Origin: Phyllobates terribilis
Taxonomy: Eukaryota
Direction: 5' to 3'
Assembly (NCBI RefSeq): GCF_046119375.1
Contig: NW_027362763.1
Location: 416,020,001 to 416,084,000 of the forward strand
Length of the DNA stretch: 64,000 bases
The notes beneath the pieces were generated by a model, which had not been told where the DNA came from, searched no databases, and saw only the letters and a program-made list of their open reading frames with translations. This document shows positions 34,315-47,619 of this stretch, piece by piece. The translations under genes were made by a program, and so were the position numbers. Numbering within the stretch: the stretch's first letter is position 1; every line of letters begins with the position of its first letter.

Positions 34315-35048
34315 GCTCCACAGTACAGGTCCAATTCTTTTAACAATATTTTTTTTCTCATAGGTTCCACTCCTGTTTTTTGCTTACAAACACTGATGAA
34401 ACACTGACCAAAAAAAACCTGACCTACAAATTAGGCCTTACTGTGAATTGATAGAGGCAACTCCCCCCACCATCTCCCAATCAAGGCCTCTTTCTAACAA
34501 CCAAAGTTGTTAGAAGTTTATTGGGAATTCTGCTGTATTTCAGTTGTGGTGACGCTGCAGGGAAATTATTCACCCACAGATTATAGCTAACATCTGGTGA
34601 GGGCTGTTTGTAATTATTTTATCAATCTAACAAAAGGCATTATCTAAAGTGAATAATCCCATTAAAACCCTGTTGATCCATCTGTCATTGTTTCTACTAG
34701 AGAGCATTTTGCTTTTCAGTAGCTTTGATCATTGGTCATATGCCGAGTCGGCTGCCTTGGAATTTGGGCTCAATTTTGATAAACAGTGAAGTTATAGGTC
34801 CTTATGACAGCAGCTTACCTGAAAAGAACCCAAAGGACACTTCCTGTAATGCAATGCATAGAAAAAGGTCAACCAGTATAATAAGCCAAGCAAGTGTCAA
34901 TGCTATGGCCAGTTTACCAGAGTGTATAGACTATAAATTGTAGATCACGTAATCAAATAATTAAAATCCTATAAGAATTCTCAGTTGAGAACATGTTCAG
35001 TATTTTTTCAGCTGTGTTCCGGTTCACTGCAGGAAACGTGTTATTATA

Positions 35049-35937
35049 CAGTTAGATCCAGAAATATTTTGACAGTGACTGAATCTTTGTGATTTCAGCT
35101 CTGCATTCCATTATTATTGATTTAAAATGAAACAACTAAGATGCAATTGAAGTGTAGACTTTCAGGTTTAATAAAGGGGTTGAACAAAAATATCCTGTGA
35201 ATCATTTAGGAATTGCAAGCATTTTTCTACAAAGCCTCCTCATTTCAGAGGCTCAAAAGTACCGTAATTGGACAAATTATCTTTACCATAAAATAAAATG
35301 TTGACTTTTAATACGATGTTCTTCAGTTGGGTCGGTGTTGTGAAGTTTTTTTTCACCATAGAAACGATTCTGCAATCATCCACCACTGTTGTCTTTTGTG
35401 GACGTCCAAGCCTTTTGCGTTTCCAATCTCACTAGTGGGATCTTTTTTTGTAGCATGTACCAAACTGTTGATTTGGCCACTCCTAATATTTCTGCTATCG
35501 CTATCTTTCTGATGGTTTTCTTATTTTTTTTCAGCCTAATGATGGCCTGCTTCTCTTTCATTGAGAGCTCCTTTGACCGAAAGCTGTGGGTTCACAGCAC
35601 CTGCTTCCAAATGCAAAGGCCACACCTGGAATCAGCTCCAGACCTTTTACCTACTTAATTGATGATGGACTAACGAGGGGATAGCCCATGCAGCCTATTA
35701 AAGAGCTTTTGAGATAATTGTTCAATTACTTTTGGTCCCTTTAAAAAGAGGCAGCAACATATTAAAAAGCTGTAATTCCTAAACCCTTACTCCAATTAGG
35801 ATGTGAAAATCCTCAGATTAAATCTGAGAATCTGCACTTTAAGCTCTTATTGATTACGGTATATAACTCTATCTTGAATATGTTTTGATAAAATGCCAAA
35901 ACTTGTGTCACTCTCCAAATATTTCTGGACCTAACTG
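35049..35937 (-). mobile_element. Tc1 element, internally deleted (889 bp)
   Basis: TA-flanked TIRs CAGTTAGATCCAGAAATATT / AATATTTCTGGACCTAACTG. N-terminal HTH remnant KELSMKEKQAIIRLKK..IAEILGVAKSTVW. Confidence 0.9.
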
Positions 35938-36049
35938 TAAGAAGGTTTTTACATTTTAAGATTTTTGTCATCAGCTCCAAATATTGAACAGATGGATAAC
36001 TATATACTGTGACAGGCAAAAGGGTAAAGGATTCAATAGGCGTCATGGG

Positions 36050-37670
36050 ACATTTCTCTATTGGGTTACTGTTGGGACTTCCTGGATTTATTTTTAATTA
36101 ATAAATGGGTAAACAAGGGAGTGTGGGGGAGTCTTTATTCAAATAAAGTATTTTTTTCCTATGTGTCTGTGTTTTTTTTACTCACTTACCGGGTTAGTAA
36201 TGGGAGTGTCCGATAGACGCCGCCCCACTACTAACCTCTGGGCTTGATGTCAGCGGACATTACACAGCTAACATCAACCCCAAAATATTTCCCCGCATCA
36301 GGGCAAAGAGGAAGAGCCGGGCAAAGCACCAGAACTGGCGCACCTATGGATCCGTCTTTTCTGTGGGGGCAGCGGGATGCTATTTTTAGGGGAAAGCGTG
36401 AGTGCCGGACTAATGAGTGCCGCAGTGCTGAGTGTCGGACTCATGGTCGCTCATTAGTCCAGTACTCGCGCTGCCCTCGTGAGACTCGGCCGCTGTGAAC
36501 TGAAGTGACGTCAAAGTGCAAAGTGAGATTCGGCAGTGGCTGCTGCTCCAGTCTATGGAGCTACGTTCTCTGAATGGAGCTCCATAGACTGATTGAAGAA
36601 GACTGGGATCTTCGTGAGACCTGCAGATTATGGATATGGCAGATCCTGTGGATTATTATCTTTTTTTTCTTAATAAATGGGGAAAAGAGGGAAATTGTTG
36701 GGGAGTTTTTTTTTCCAAATAAAGATTTTTATTCTGTGTGTTTTCTTCTCTTTTTACTTACTAGGTTAGTAATGGGGGTGTCTTATATATTGTTGTGAAC
36801 TGCAATAACCTTCCTGATGTCACTGCTCATCACAGCAGCCAGATTCACACACTACTCTCAGCGTGTTCTGGCTGCCGTGTTGAGCGGTAATGTTACTGAT
36901 GTCACTGCTTATCACAGTCTCCAGATGTAGCAGAGTGGAGGATCATCGTGGGTCCTTCATATTATGTATTAAGGCAGACTATTTGGATTACGTTTTTATG
37001 GTATTAAATGGGTAGAAGAGGGTAACTGTCGGGAGTGCCTTTTACAATTAAATGACTTTTCTGTGTATGTGTGTTTATTTCTTTTGAGTATGGAGTTAGC
37101 AATGGGGATTTCTGACAGATGCCTCTCCATACTAACCCCTGGGCTTGATATCAGGAAATATTGCACAGTTGACATCCACCCCAAAACCATTACCCTGATT
37201 ACCACCGCACCAGAGCAATCGGGAAGAGCTGAGGCTAAGTGCAAGAATTGGCACATCTAATGGATACGCCATTTCTGGGGCAACTTAGGGCTGGTGCTAT
37301 TAGTGTGGGAAGGGGCCAATACCCATGGCCCATTACCAGCCTATTACTATCAGCTGTCTGCTTAGCCTTTGGTGGTTATTAAAAATAGGGGGGACCCCAC
37401 AACATTTTTTTTAGGGTCCTCCTTTTTTAATTACCAGCAAAAGCTAAGCAGACAGCTGTGAGCTGATATTAATAGCCTGGGAAAATGCATGGATATTGGC
37501 CCCTTCCCATACTATTAAGACCAGCTCACAGCTGTCTGCTTTCCCTTAGCTAGTTATTAAAAATAAGGGGGACCCCACGCCATTTTTTCTTTTATTTATT
37601 AGCTAACAACAAGTACAGAAAACTACACATGCAAAGCACTGATTACATATATCACTGACATCTATCTATC
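36050..37670. mobile_element. Unclassified non-autonomous composite repeat with three internal modules
   Basis: The module taataaatggg..gttagtaatggg..ctaacc(c/t)ctgggcttgat recurs at ~36095, ~36670 and ~37000. No termini or ORF resolved. Confidence 0.55.
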
Positions 37671-38311
37671 TATTTTAGCCTCCACTCCAATCATTGTCTA
37701 TGAGACTCGGAAGAAAGCCAAGTACAGTGCTCAGCTACTTCCAGTAGTCCCATCGATAGTGAATAGAGCGGAGGACGAGCATGCACACTACTGCTTTACA
37801 TGACACTTTGGATCCAGAGCTCCATTCTTATGATCTCTGGGTGTCCCAGCTGTTGATCATTAAGTTATCCGATATCTTATGTATAGGGGATAACTTTCAG
37901 TTCCAGGAATACTCCTTTAAGAGGTAAAATTAAGGTATATTTAATTTGGGATTTCTTCAAGAAAATTAACGAAACTGTGAATTTTCATAAGATGTTGCCC
38001 TGCCAGATCAGGTCGGTGCACATGCTATGACTAATCTGATCTGAAAAGGGCTGTGCAATGTTGTTTTGGTGTAAAAAAAAATAATGGTTTACATGATTTT
38101 AAAAGTAATTAGGTTGCGCCCAAACTCCCAAATTGAAAGTATACAGATAAATTTATTCTCTAGTAGGTGAGACTTCGTATGCTAGTAAAAGACGTGTAGT
38201 TTGGCAATGTAGTGGTGGCTACATTCTTTGGATTGACTATATACTTTGCTTCTATAGGAACTTTCATTTTCCCACTCTAAATGAATTAAATTTGGTAAAT
38301 TTGGGCTTTAA

Positions 38312-38534
38312 GGCCTCATGCACGCAACCATATTACTGATTTATTTTATACGAATCCCCAATACACTGTTAGGGGCCTTTTACTGTATACAATCAGAGGA
38401 ACATCGAAAAATAGAAATTGATTAATTTAGGGTTTTTTAGGGGATAGAAAGTGGCTCTTTGAATCTCCATGGCTCTGTGATAGTGTGCCACATACAAGGT
38501 CAGGGTAACACAACTTTGTCATGTGCATGTGACT
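38312..38534. mobile_element. Harbinger-type MITE
   Basis: GGCCTCATGCAC...GTGCATGTGACT with TAA and TTA flanks. Same family as 40223-40556. Confidence 0.7.
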
Positions 38535-39328
38535 TTAGAACAGGGCAAATCTATTGCAGTCTGTATGTTGTGAAAAAACCTTGCTAATCAATTCACAATC
38601 CTTCATTCAGTGCATACAATGGAATAACTGTGTTTAAAAAAAAAAAGGTAACATTTTTCTTTTTAGTTTGTAGAACGCCCTTTTCAAACAGGCAGAGCCA
38701 GACATCAGGTTTATTTTGTGATAAGAGGTAATAATCCAGTAGTATTATCACTGTTGTATTGAATATGTTTGGTACAAGAAGTGGTTTGGCGAGCATTTGA
38801 CGTATTTACCTAGCACAATGGTAAATTCTGGACAAGCTGTCTGGACCTCCCGCTTGCCTAACAAATGCATTTAGGAATAGCCCTAATATAGATTTCCTGA
38901 ATACCTTAATATTTAAAAGAAAAATCCAGCCAATGTGAACAATATAATGTTCTCACTTGTATCTATTATGTATCAGAAGATTGTTCCAACTGGATTTTCT
39001 CTTTAAATAAAAAGTAATGAGGCAGATTTGTTAAAACTAATAGTAAAAAAAATAAAGTTACAGTACTATTAAGGCTGCAATATTTTAGCTTTAGGGTTAG
39101 CGCACACAGCGTCTTTTTCAGGTGGTTTCCACCTGGAATCCACCTGAAAAAGCACTCAATAAGTGTAAAAAGAAAAAAAATTAACATATTGCACAGAAAT
39201 GTCGGACCGACTTGCTATACTTATGTTCCATCCTTTTTAACTTCTCTTAATCGCTTCAAACTTCAAAAGCTGTGAAGAGCCTAAAAGAACTCCATGATTC
39301 ATCTGCCCCAATGTTTTTATCTTTCCAA

Positions 39329-39710
39329 GGCCGGGGTCACACTAGTATATAGCATCCGATGCGAGAGCTGCGAGCGAGAACGGAATGTCATGCTACGGTG
39401 ATCCGATCCGCATGAGAGAATCGCTGCACAGGTGCGGACCATACTGAGAAAGTAATTTCACCATCTCCTCCGTTGCCAGCATCCGGGGTAATCGCACTGC
39501 ACTTGGATAGCATCCGAGTGCAGTCCGATGTTGTGCACTTACCCATAGAGTTGTATGGGTGCGAGCTGTTCGATATACGCTGCCATTTGCAGTATGCAGC
39601 AATTTTTTTTCTCATGACGATTTGGCATGAGAAAATAAATGCTAGTCGGCACTGCTCTATAGTATAACATTGGAGCTATACGCTGGCTATACGCCAGTCT
39701 GAGCGAGCCC
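39329..39710. mobile_element. Harbinger-type MITE
   Basis: GGCCGGGGTCACAC...GTCTGAGCGAGCCC followed by TTA, with internal inverted segments (cggtgatccgatccg..atgagagaatcgctg / cagcgattctctcat pattern). Confidence 0.6.
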
Positions 39711-40222
39711 TTACTACAATAAATTACTTATTTAGGATTTATTACTTGCTAATTTGCTACATATAAAGGTCCAAAATGTCCTTTTACAGTATATACTATC
39801 ACATTTACCTCCAAGAATGAGATGAATTTGACATGAATTAGGAAAAAAACATGTTTCAATTAATTTATTAAAGCAGATTCTTTTTGTTGTATTCGTCACT
39901 GCTCAGGACATGCCAATGACGTTCTGTACCTCCTAAAAATACTAAATAGGCAGGTAACATTAGGGAATGGCAGTTCTGCTGTAGGTTTGCAATGTTCACA
40001 TTTTCTACATTTTTTCTGCACATCAGACAAGGGTTTGGAGAATACCTTTGCTAGTGCGTGAGTCATCATGTGTGCAGAAAGAGCAAGTATATCATGGACT
40101 TATATGGTCAGGCAACGGCAGCTACTTCCTTTGGATTGACGAGAATTTGTACACTGCTTTTATAAACACTTATATTCTCCTCCGTCTCAATAAATCAAAT
40201 TTGGAAAATACGTTTCAGTTTA

Positions 40223-40556
40223 GGCCTCATGCACACAACCATACTACATATCCATGTTGTACAACACCGGAGTGGGGGGCCCAAAGTCCTCTCTACCATG
40301 CAAGTATTTTAAATAGAACATTTTAGGAAGGTAGATCTTATGCAGATTTTGCATTTAAGCCCAGGAGCTTCAAGTTATACCCATACTATACACAAACAGA
40401 GGCACTTAAGGATTTTTTTGGATTATTTTGTGCATGCTTTTAGGGGTGAAGAGTGTTCCACCAATAGGCACTATGTAGTGACTCTTGGCTTGTTTACAGC
40501 TTTGTGTGGCATAATACAGGGTTATTGTGGCACAACTTTATCATGTGCATGAGACT
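40223..40556. mobile_element. Harbinger-type MITE
   Basis: TTA-GGCCTCATGCAC...GTGCATGAGACT-TTA. Confidence 0.75.
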
Positions 40557-40564
40557 TTAAATTT

Positions 40565-41460
40565 AATATATTTTTATTAAACTTATATAACAATACAAAT
40601 AAACAAGGTTTTAATATGAGTGTAGGGCTAGAAGAATTCCTTATCCTGTTACAGGTTCAAAATAATGATGAATCTATACAATAACATTTTTAACCTTTGA
40701 TTAGAGACATATTAATCGATGGCCTTGCATAGATAACAAAGGTACAAGGAAGAGAAAGAAAGAGAGGGAAGAAGGAAAAAAGAAGAAAAGGGTTAGGATG
40801 TCACTGATTTTCACATCTTGGTAGTCTTAATAAACCTTTATTATGTAGTTGATAAATAAAATCACCTTGTGTCAACCATGTCTGAAAGTTCTTAGATTCT
40901 TTGGGCTGGATCCATACTGAGTCCAACCTGTTATCAAACGCCCTGAGCTCCTTCACTTGCTGAAGCGCATTTACCACCTCTACCCAGTCTGTTCTTTTGG
41001 TGAGAGCCAAGGGATAATTTGTTGACTGGCTAACATAAAGTATGGCAATATGTCCTTCTTAATTTTAGAAAATCCCAGGAACTTAGATATTGGGCCTTCT
41101 CAGCATCTGGCTCAATCTGGGAATTGTGTAGGTGATTATAGAGAGAAAATATGACAGTCCAGAGAGGTTCGATTCCCTGGCAGCTCCACCTGATATGTGG
41201 CATTGATCCGGGTGCACAGGAACACCTCTAGCAAATATCTGACACCTCTCGATAAATTATGTGCAGATTAATAGGCGTGCTATACCACCGGGTCAAGATC
41301 TTATAATTCAGTTCTTGTAGTCCACAAGACACCGTGAGTTTATGGGTAAGGATAAAGGACTTAGTCCACCTCTCAATTGGAATGACATATGACATATCCC
41401 AGCTCTTTATGCCATTGAACCATACAGTTCAAAGGCTTGTTTCTCGACACTACTATATTA
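40565..41460 (-). mobile_element. L1-type LINE 3' fragment (ORF2 C-terminal cysteine-rich region and 3' UTR)
   Basis: The minus strand gives a decayed RCSCAPGSMPHIRWSC motif, then a pyrimidine-rich UTR and an AATAAAAAA-like end. Confidence 0.6.
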
Positions 41461-41499
41461 TATAGCAAAGGTATACAAAGGAGGTGAGAAAGTGGGGAA

Positions 41500-41759
41500 G
41501 CTCGAATCTATATTAAGCTGTGATCCCATGCTGTAATATCTGTATACGCTTTTGCTTCCTCCCCTGCCCAGGAGATGTGGTATGATCAGACCATGTTCCT
41601 GTACGGTCAGACACAGCCATTACACAGTACACAGCAGGGACACATTGATAAGATTATCTCAGCACAGGGACATTTTATTTAAACACATCCAATTGTGAAA
41701 GTTATTATTATTCCAAGATCTAGTGATTAAAATCAACTTTTGTTCATGGGAAAACCCCT
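41500..41759. mobile_element. T2/Kolobok-type MITE, right part
   Basis: Ends ...GGGAAAACCCCT-TTAA; left end not resolved. Confidence 0.55.
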
Positions 41760-42234
41760 TTAAATGACTTGTCTGGTATTTTATATTGATTGCCTCTCCA
41801 TAGAATAGACCATGAATATCAGATTGATGGGGTCCAACACCCAACACCCCCACCAGACAGCTGTTCTTGGTGCCGGTGGCGACCGGATGTGCTCATTTGC
41901 AAAGCAGAACTTCACAGCTCCGAAAACTGTACAGTGGCCAAGTTGGCAGCGGATTAATCTCCGTACTGTCCAGCCATTCAACAGTGAGTATATATTTATT
42001 CAGGAACAAAGATAACACAGCTTACAACGGGTATTTCTTACAGCTTAGGATCTTAGCATCTTGTATGTCAGCTTGCAAAGTGAAAGCTGCACACACAGTG
42101 AACAGGAACTTCCTGTTCTTTTTTTTGTTGGTTTTTTAACTGTGAATTATTGGCAATATAACACTATTGCTGGAGACAGAAACTCATGCACTATTAAACA
42201 GTAGTAAATAGTAGTTGATGCAATGCTTAATCTA

Positions 42235-42495
42235 ATCTTTATTTTTTATATAGCGCCAACATATTCCGCAGCGCTTTACATACATTATCATTGCTGTCCC
42301 CATTGGAGGTCAAAATCTAGGTTCCCTATCAGTATGTCTTTGGAGTGTGGGAGGAAACCGGAGAACCCGGAGGAAACCCACACAATCACGGGGAGAACAT
42401 ACAAACTCCATGCAGATGTTGTCCTTGGTGGGGTTTGAACCCAGGACCCCAAAAATGCAAGACTGCAGTGCTAACCACTGAGCCACCGTGTTGTC
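42235..42495 (-). mobile_element. V-SINE (tRNA-derived), near full length
   Basis: A-box TGGCTCAGTGG (42475-42485), B-box GGTTCAAACCC (42431-42441), V-domain core ttcctccgggttctccggtttcctcccaca and a GCGCTATATAAA tail. Confidence 0.85.
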
Positions 42496-42829
42496 AATAA
42501 TAAGCATTATTACAACACCCGCCCTCAACAACTAGTTATCCTGTTAGTCCCATAATGGTTCTGAATTCATCCCACTGAGCCACCTTGCTGTCAATAATAA
42601 GCATTATTACAACACCCCCCCTCAACAACTACTTATCCTGTTGGTCCCATAATGGTTCTGAATTCATCAAACTTGGCTCTTGGAAGTGGCTTTGTCATAA
42701 CATCAGCTATCATTTGATCAGTCTGGCAATTAACAAACTCAATTATGCCATGTTCTATCAAATCATGCAGGTGATGATGTTTAATGTGCATGCAAGTTTA
42801 ATGCATCCTTGGATGTCTTTATAAATCAC

Positions 42830-44415
42830 TGACTGTTGAGTTGATGGCTTACCAAGATTGCCAAACAATTGGTTTAACCAAATGACCTCATAACTTGCGT
42901 GGGCTGCAGACACATACTCTGCTTCTGTAGATGACAACTTGACATGGCTACAGACACCTGTTTTCTGCTAGACCAAAAAATTTAACTTTCTCCAAGCTTG
43001 CACAAATAGCTATTTGTCGATTTACGATCACCTAAGTCACCAGCCCAGTCTGCATCCACATAGTGTGTGAGTTTTAGATCTCCTGTTGCATATATCCTTA
43101 AATTTATATTTTGAGTCTCTTTCAAATGTCGAAGAAGTTTCTTAACTACATTCCAGTCTTTTTGACACGGTTTTTCCATATATCTGCAGAGAATTCCAAT
43201 TGTTGCTGCGATATCCAGTCGATTGATAGTTGCTATGTATAGAAGTGCCCCCCACTGCCTGTCTGTATTTCTCATTGTAATAGATCATCTTCTCTTCCAA
43301 CTTTAAGCTGAATGGTTCCATTGGGGTTGATATACCTTTGGCTTCTGACATTCCATACTGACTCAGAATTGAATTGATTTTTGCACTTTGGTTTAGAAGA
43401 AAGCTTCCATCTTCTTCTCTTTGGACCTCGATCCCTAGATAATATGTCACATTTCTAAAGTCTTTAGTTTCAAAATGCAGATTCAGAATTTTAGTTATCT
43501 TTGCAATTTCTGTTTCCTCTTGATAAACCATAATCACATTGTCCACATATAAGAGAATATTAGTGATGAGCGAGTGTGCTTATTTAACCCTATTGCCGAG
43601 CACGCTCAGGTGCTTTTCGAGTATCTTCGGCGTGCCCTTATATTAACTTCAAGTCCCTGCGTCTGCATGATTTATGACTGTTAGTCTGCCTCAACACATG
43701 TGAGGATTCCCTAACAAACAGGCAATCTCTGCATGTGTTGAGGCTGACTAACAGTCATAAATCATGCAGACGCAGGGACTCGAACTTAATATACGAGCAC
43801 GCCACCGAAGATACTTGGAAAACACCCAAGCGTGCTCGGCGAAAGGGTTAAACGAACACGCTCACTCATCACTAGAGAATATATGTCCACTTTCCATCTG
43901 TACATTTTGTGTATAAACACGGATCAGCTTGACCACTTTTAAATCCTTCTTCCAATAAGACTGTTCATTTTGGTGTTCCACGCTCTTGCCAATTGCTTGA
44001 CCATACAGAGATTTTTGTAGTTTGCAAACAAGATTCTGTTCACCCTCTTTGATGTAACCCTCAGGTTGAGTCATGTACAAGTCCTCTTCAATGTCACCAT
44101 TTATAAAGGCAGTTTTGATGTCCAAATGTCTGACAAACATTTTTTTGTACAGCAGCTATAGCCATTAGCGTCCTGAATGTGGTCTGCTTTGCAACTGGAG
44201 AAAATGTGGCATCATAATCTTCACCATATTTCTGAGAATATCCTTGTGCTGCTAATCTTACTTTAAAACTGTGAACCTTGCCTCCAGAATCATACTTGGT
44301 CTTAAATACCCATTTACATTTGATTGCTTTCTTACCTAGTGGTAGTTTGGTGAGTTTCCAAGTTTGAAGTTAATGAAGGGACTTAATTTCCTCATTAGCA
44401 GCATTAATCCACTAA
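42830..44415 (-). pseudogene. pol: Ty1/Copia pol fragment (RT and RNaseH), split by a hAT MITE
   Basis: Motifs [67 protein letters not shown] and STEAEY. Confidence 0.92.
43561..43874. mobile_element. hAT MITE (314 bp) with the same terminus as the large hAT family
   Basis: TAGTGATGAGCGAG...CTCACTCATCACTA. Perfect 8-bp TSD GAGAATAT at 43553-43560 and 43875-43882. Confidence 0.93.
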
Positions 44416-44780
44416 ATATTATATGTTCAATAGAGATTCTGTGTTTAACTGTCACACATCAGTACTAATACTGTGTTTTTTAATAATGTAACAGGATGGT
44501 AGTTATATTCAGACACTATGTGATGATAATATATGGTCATTGTGAAGCAGTATTTATTCCCTTTATATGGTTTAATTATTTGTATACTAGTTTTGGTATA
44601 GCGGACTTGCTTAGTACTAATATGGAGGTATTTGTTATTTGGTAACTGTATGACTACTATTTAGAAGTAATACTTAGAAAATGCCATTTATATCTCTATA
44701 TTTGTTCTCTTTTTTAAATATGGAGTGGGGGAGAGATGGCGTGGACAAACACATATGCCTGTATAGAATCTAGAATGTTA

Positions 44781-45696
44781 GGCTGTGTGCCCACGATGCA
44801 TTTTTTAAGCGTTTCCGCAGCGGCAATTCCGCCACAGAAATGCTTAAAAACACTTGGTAGAAGGTCTGCTATGGTCCCCAATGATAATCCTGCTGTGGAA
44901 ATTTCCGCTGCGGATTATCATTGCGGAAAAATCCGCAGCACTACCAATTATTTTGTGTAATTGCGGCGCCAATGACTTGCATTGAATCGCTTAATATCCG
45001 CATCACTACATGTGCACATGCGGATATTAAGCGATTCAGTGTGCGGATGGTACCCAGGTCTGGAGAAGAGGAGACTCTCCTCCAGACCCGGGTACCATAG
45101 TCCCTGTAAAAAAAAAAGAATTAAAATAAAAAATATACATTATACTTACCTTCCGATGTCCCCTGGTCTGCTCCGGTGCGTCCTGGCTCCCTGGCAGCTC
45201 GCAATGTTCTAAAAGGACCTGCCATGACGTCATTTAGTCATGTGACGGGTCACGCGACCGCTGAGGTTGGCGCTCGTGTGACCTGTCACATGACTAAATG
45301 ACATCATGGAAGGTCCTTTTAGACCACCCCGAGCCGCCCAACACACCAGACGCACCGGAGGAGACGGGGGGCCATCGGAAGGTGAGTATAATATTTATTT
45401 TTTATTATTCTTTTACTATAACTTGGTCACACTATATAAATGCATGCCGGTTGCATGGATTTATATAGTGTGACCAAGTTGTCAAGCACTTTCCAAGTGA
45501 TGCTAAAATCTCTTGGAAAGTGCTTGACAAACCGCATGTGAAATCGCATGATCAAAACGCTTCACTTACACTTGTCGCTGGCAGGAAAAATGCATGTAAA
45601 ATCCGCATGTACAATCCGCATTTTTTTTTTCTGCCAGGGAGATGCAGAAACGCTCAGGAAAAATCCAGAGCATTTCTGCATCGTGGGCACATAGCC
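44781..45696. mobile_element. Harbinger-type MITE, copy B (916 bp)
   Basis: TIR GGCT(G/A)TGTGCCCACGATGCA, TSD TTA/TTA. Confidence 0.92.
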
Positions 45697-45906
45697 TTAC
45701 AGTGGCCCGTGTATCTGACCTATATGCTGGTGGGGGCCCATGTTAAAATTTTGCACCAGGGCCAATTGGACTCTAATTACGCTACTTATATATTAGGTAT
45801 TAGATTGACATTGTAAAGCATGGTATCCAATTATGTATTGGATTTGTTATTTGTTCAGGAAATATTCCCCTTTGGAGATTTCATTTCCTTATTGTTAATT
45901 CTATTA

Positions 45907-46274
45907 GGACTCGTGCAGATGGCCATAGATCCCATCACCCGAAAATGGAGCCGATTATGCAAATGACACTGATCATTGTTTGATCAGAGTGTGAGCATAG
46001 TGAGCTCCGATTCTCCCGGATGAGGAAAAGATGGAGAAAAAAGCGTCATCTTCTTCATTCTGTCAGTCTGTGGAAATTGGACTGTACCAAGATGCTATAT
46101 GAGTCCATTGACTTCCACCTGTCATTGACTTGCATGGTTGAGTGAGATCTAATATCTGTCCGAGGAAAAAAATCGGACATTTGCACAGCCCTACAGAATA
46201 ACATAGGGACGAGTGCTATCCGTCAAAACGACGGATAACACTCGTCACTTTATTACAGCCATCTGCATGAGCCT
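45907..46274. mobile_element. Harbinger-type MITE
   Basis: TTA-GGACTCGTGCAGATGGC...GCCATCTGCATGAGCCT-TTA. Confidence 0.7.
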
Positions 46275-47059
46275 TTAATAAGACAAATGAAGAGCATCAC
46301 TCTTTGTAGATAGGCAGAGTAGTCACTGTACAGTATTTGCCTTTTGTTACTAGATTGTCTGATATATTTTTACTCATTTTTCCTTCTAATGCTGCCTATT
46401 GATTTCTAGGAGGTAATATGTGAGAAATTCATGTCATTCATAAACTTAACTCATTTTTATTCCAATGTTCTCCCATTCAGACTTATATTTAATTCTGGAT
46501 ATTTATAAAAGTTTGAAAGCCTAGACCACTGCCACAGTTTACTGGAAATGAGAAAGGAAAGAAAGTCAATCATTTTTCTTCCAGAGAAAAATGAGTAAAA
46601 ATGTTCTGTTCTTCTTTTTTTTTTAAAGGATGCTACTTCATAACTTCCAAATTGTAATCCTCACTTGTCTGGTTCAGGTTCCTGCTTCACTCATGCTAAT
46701 TGTTTACTATCTACGATACTTATACCATTACAGTTCTTTTACAGCAGGTTCAATTAGTTTTACTTTTTAAAAAAAAAGCTTTAAAAATAAGAAAATGTAT
46801 TCCTTTGTTTTGACATGATTTATTGTGTGGATTTTGTTCTTTTCACAAAAGTGGCACCAACACTTAATGGTTACAATCACACTAAAGTGGCACAATATGG
46901 TTAGGGGTTATAGGTCACACTTACAGGTACAAACCACTTGAAAAGGGGACCGCATGGTACTCCAGAAGTTCACCATTAGTTAGGTTGCTTCCAAAAGTGT
47001 CTCCAGTCTTTCACTTGTCCTTCATTGCATCTGTGGACAGGGGCGTACATAGAAATCAT

Positions 47060-47470
47060 AATGGCCCGCACTAGCCCTCCAAACAGTATAATGGCCCCCA
47101 CACAGCCCTCCAAACAGTATAATGACCCCCACACAGCATAATGGACCCCACACAAACCTTCACACCGTATTGCTTTCATACAGTATAATGGCCCCCCACA
47201 TAGCCCTGAAAATATTATAACGGCCCCACATAGCCTTCCATATAGTATAATACGCTACCCATAATCCTCCATATAGTAAAATGCGCCCCCGATAATCCTC
47301 GATATAGTACAATGCGCCCCCCATAATCATCCATATAGTATAATGAACTTCCCATTGTCCTCCATAGAATATAATGCACTCCCCATAGTCCTCCATACAG
47401 TATATTACACACCCCATAGGGTAAAATGCTGCCCCCATATAGTATAATACACCCCACAGTCCTGCAGTAT
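47060..47470. repeat. ~30-bp minisatellite (cagtataatggcccccacatagccc), related in reverse to 3140-4942
   Basis: Recurring (c/t)agtataatg..ccccc..(t/g)agcc/tcc units. Confidence 0.8.
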
Positions 47471-47619
47471 TATGGGCACCACGTTCTCACTGATTGTAAA
47501 ATACCGTATATTTTAAATAAGCCGACCCGAGTATAAGCCGAGGCCCCTAAGGCCACAAAAAACTGGGAAAACGTATTGACTCGAGTATAAGCATAGGGTG
47601 GGAAATGCAGCAGCTACTG

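Noticed and set aside
42425-42495. tRNA gene
   Set aside because: A and B boxes are present, but they run into a V-SINE core and an L2-type tail, and there is no cloverleaf.
46629-46770. Hydrophobic plus-strand reading (MLLHNFQIVILTCLVQ...) after a strong acceptor
   Set aside because: Only weak donors, T-rich DNA yields hydrophobic peptides by chance, and no recognisable homology.
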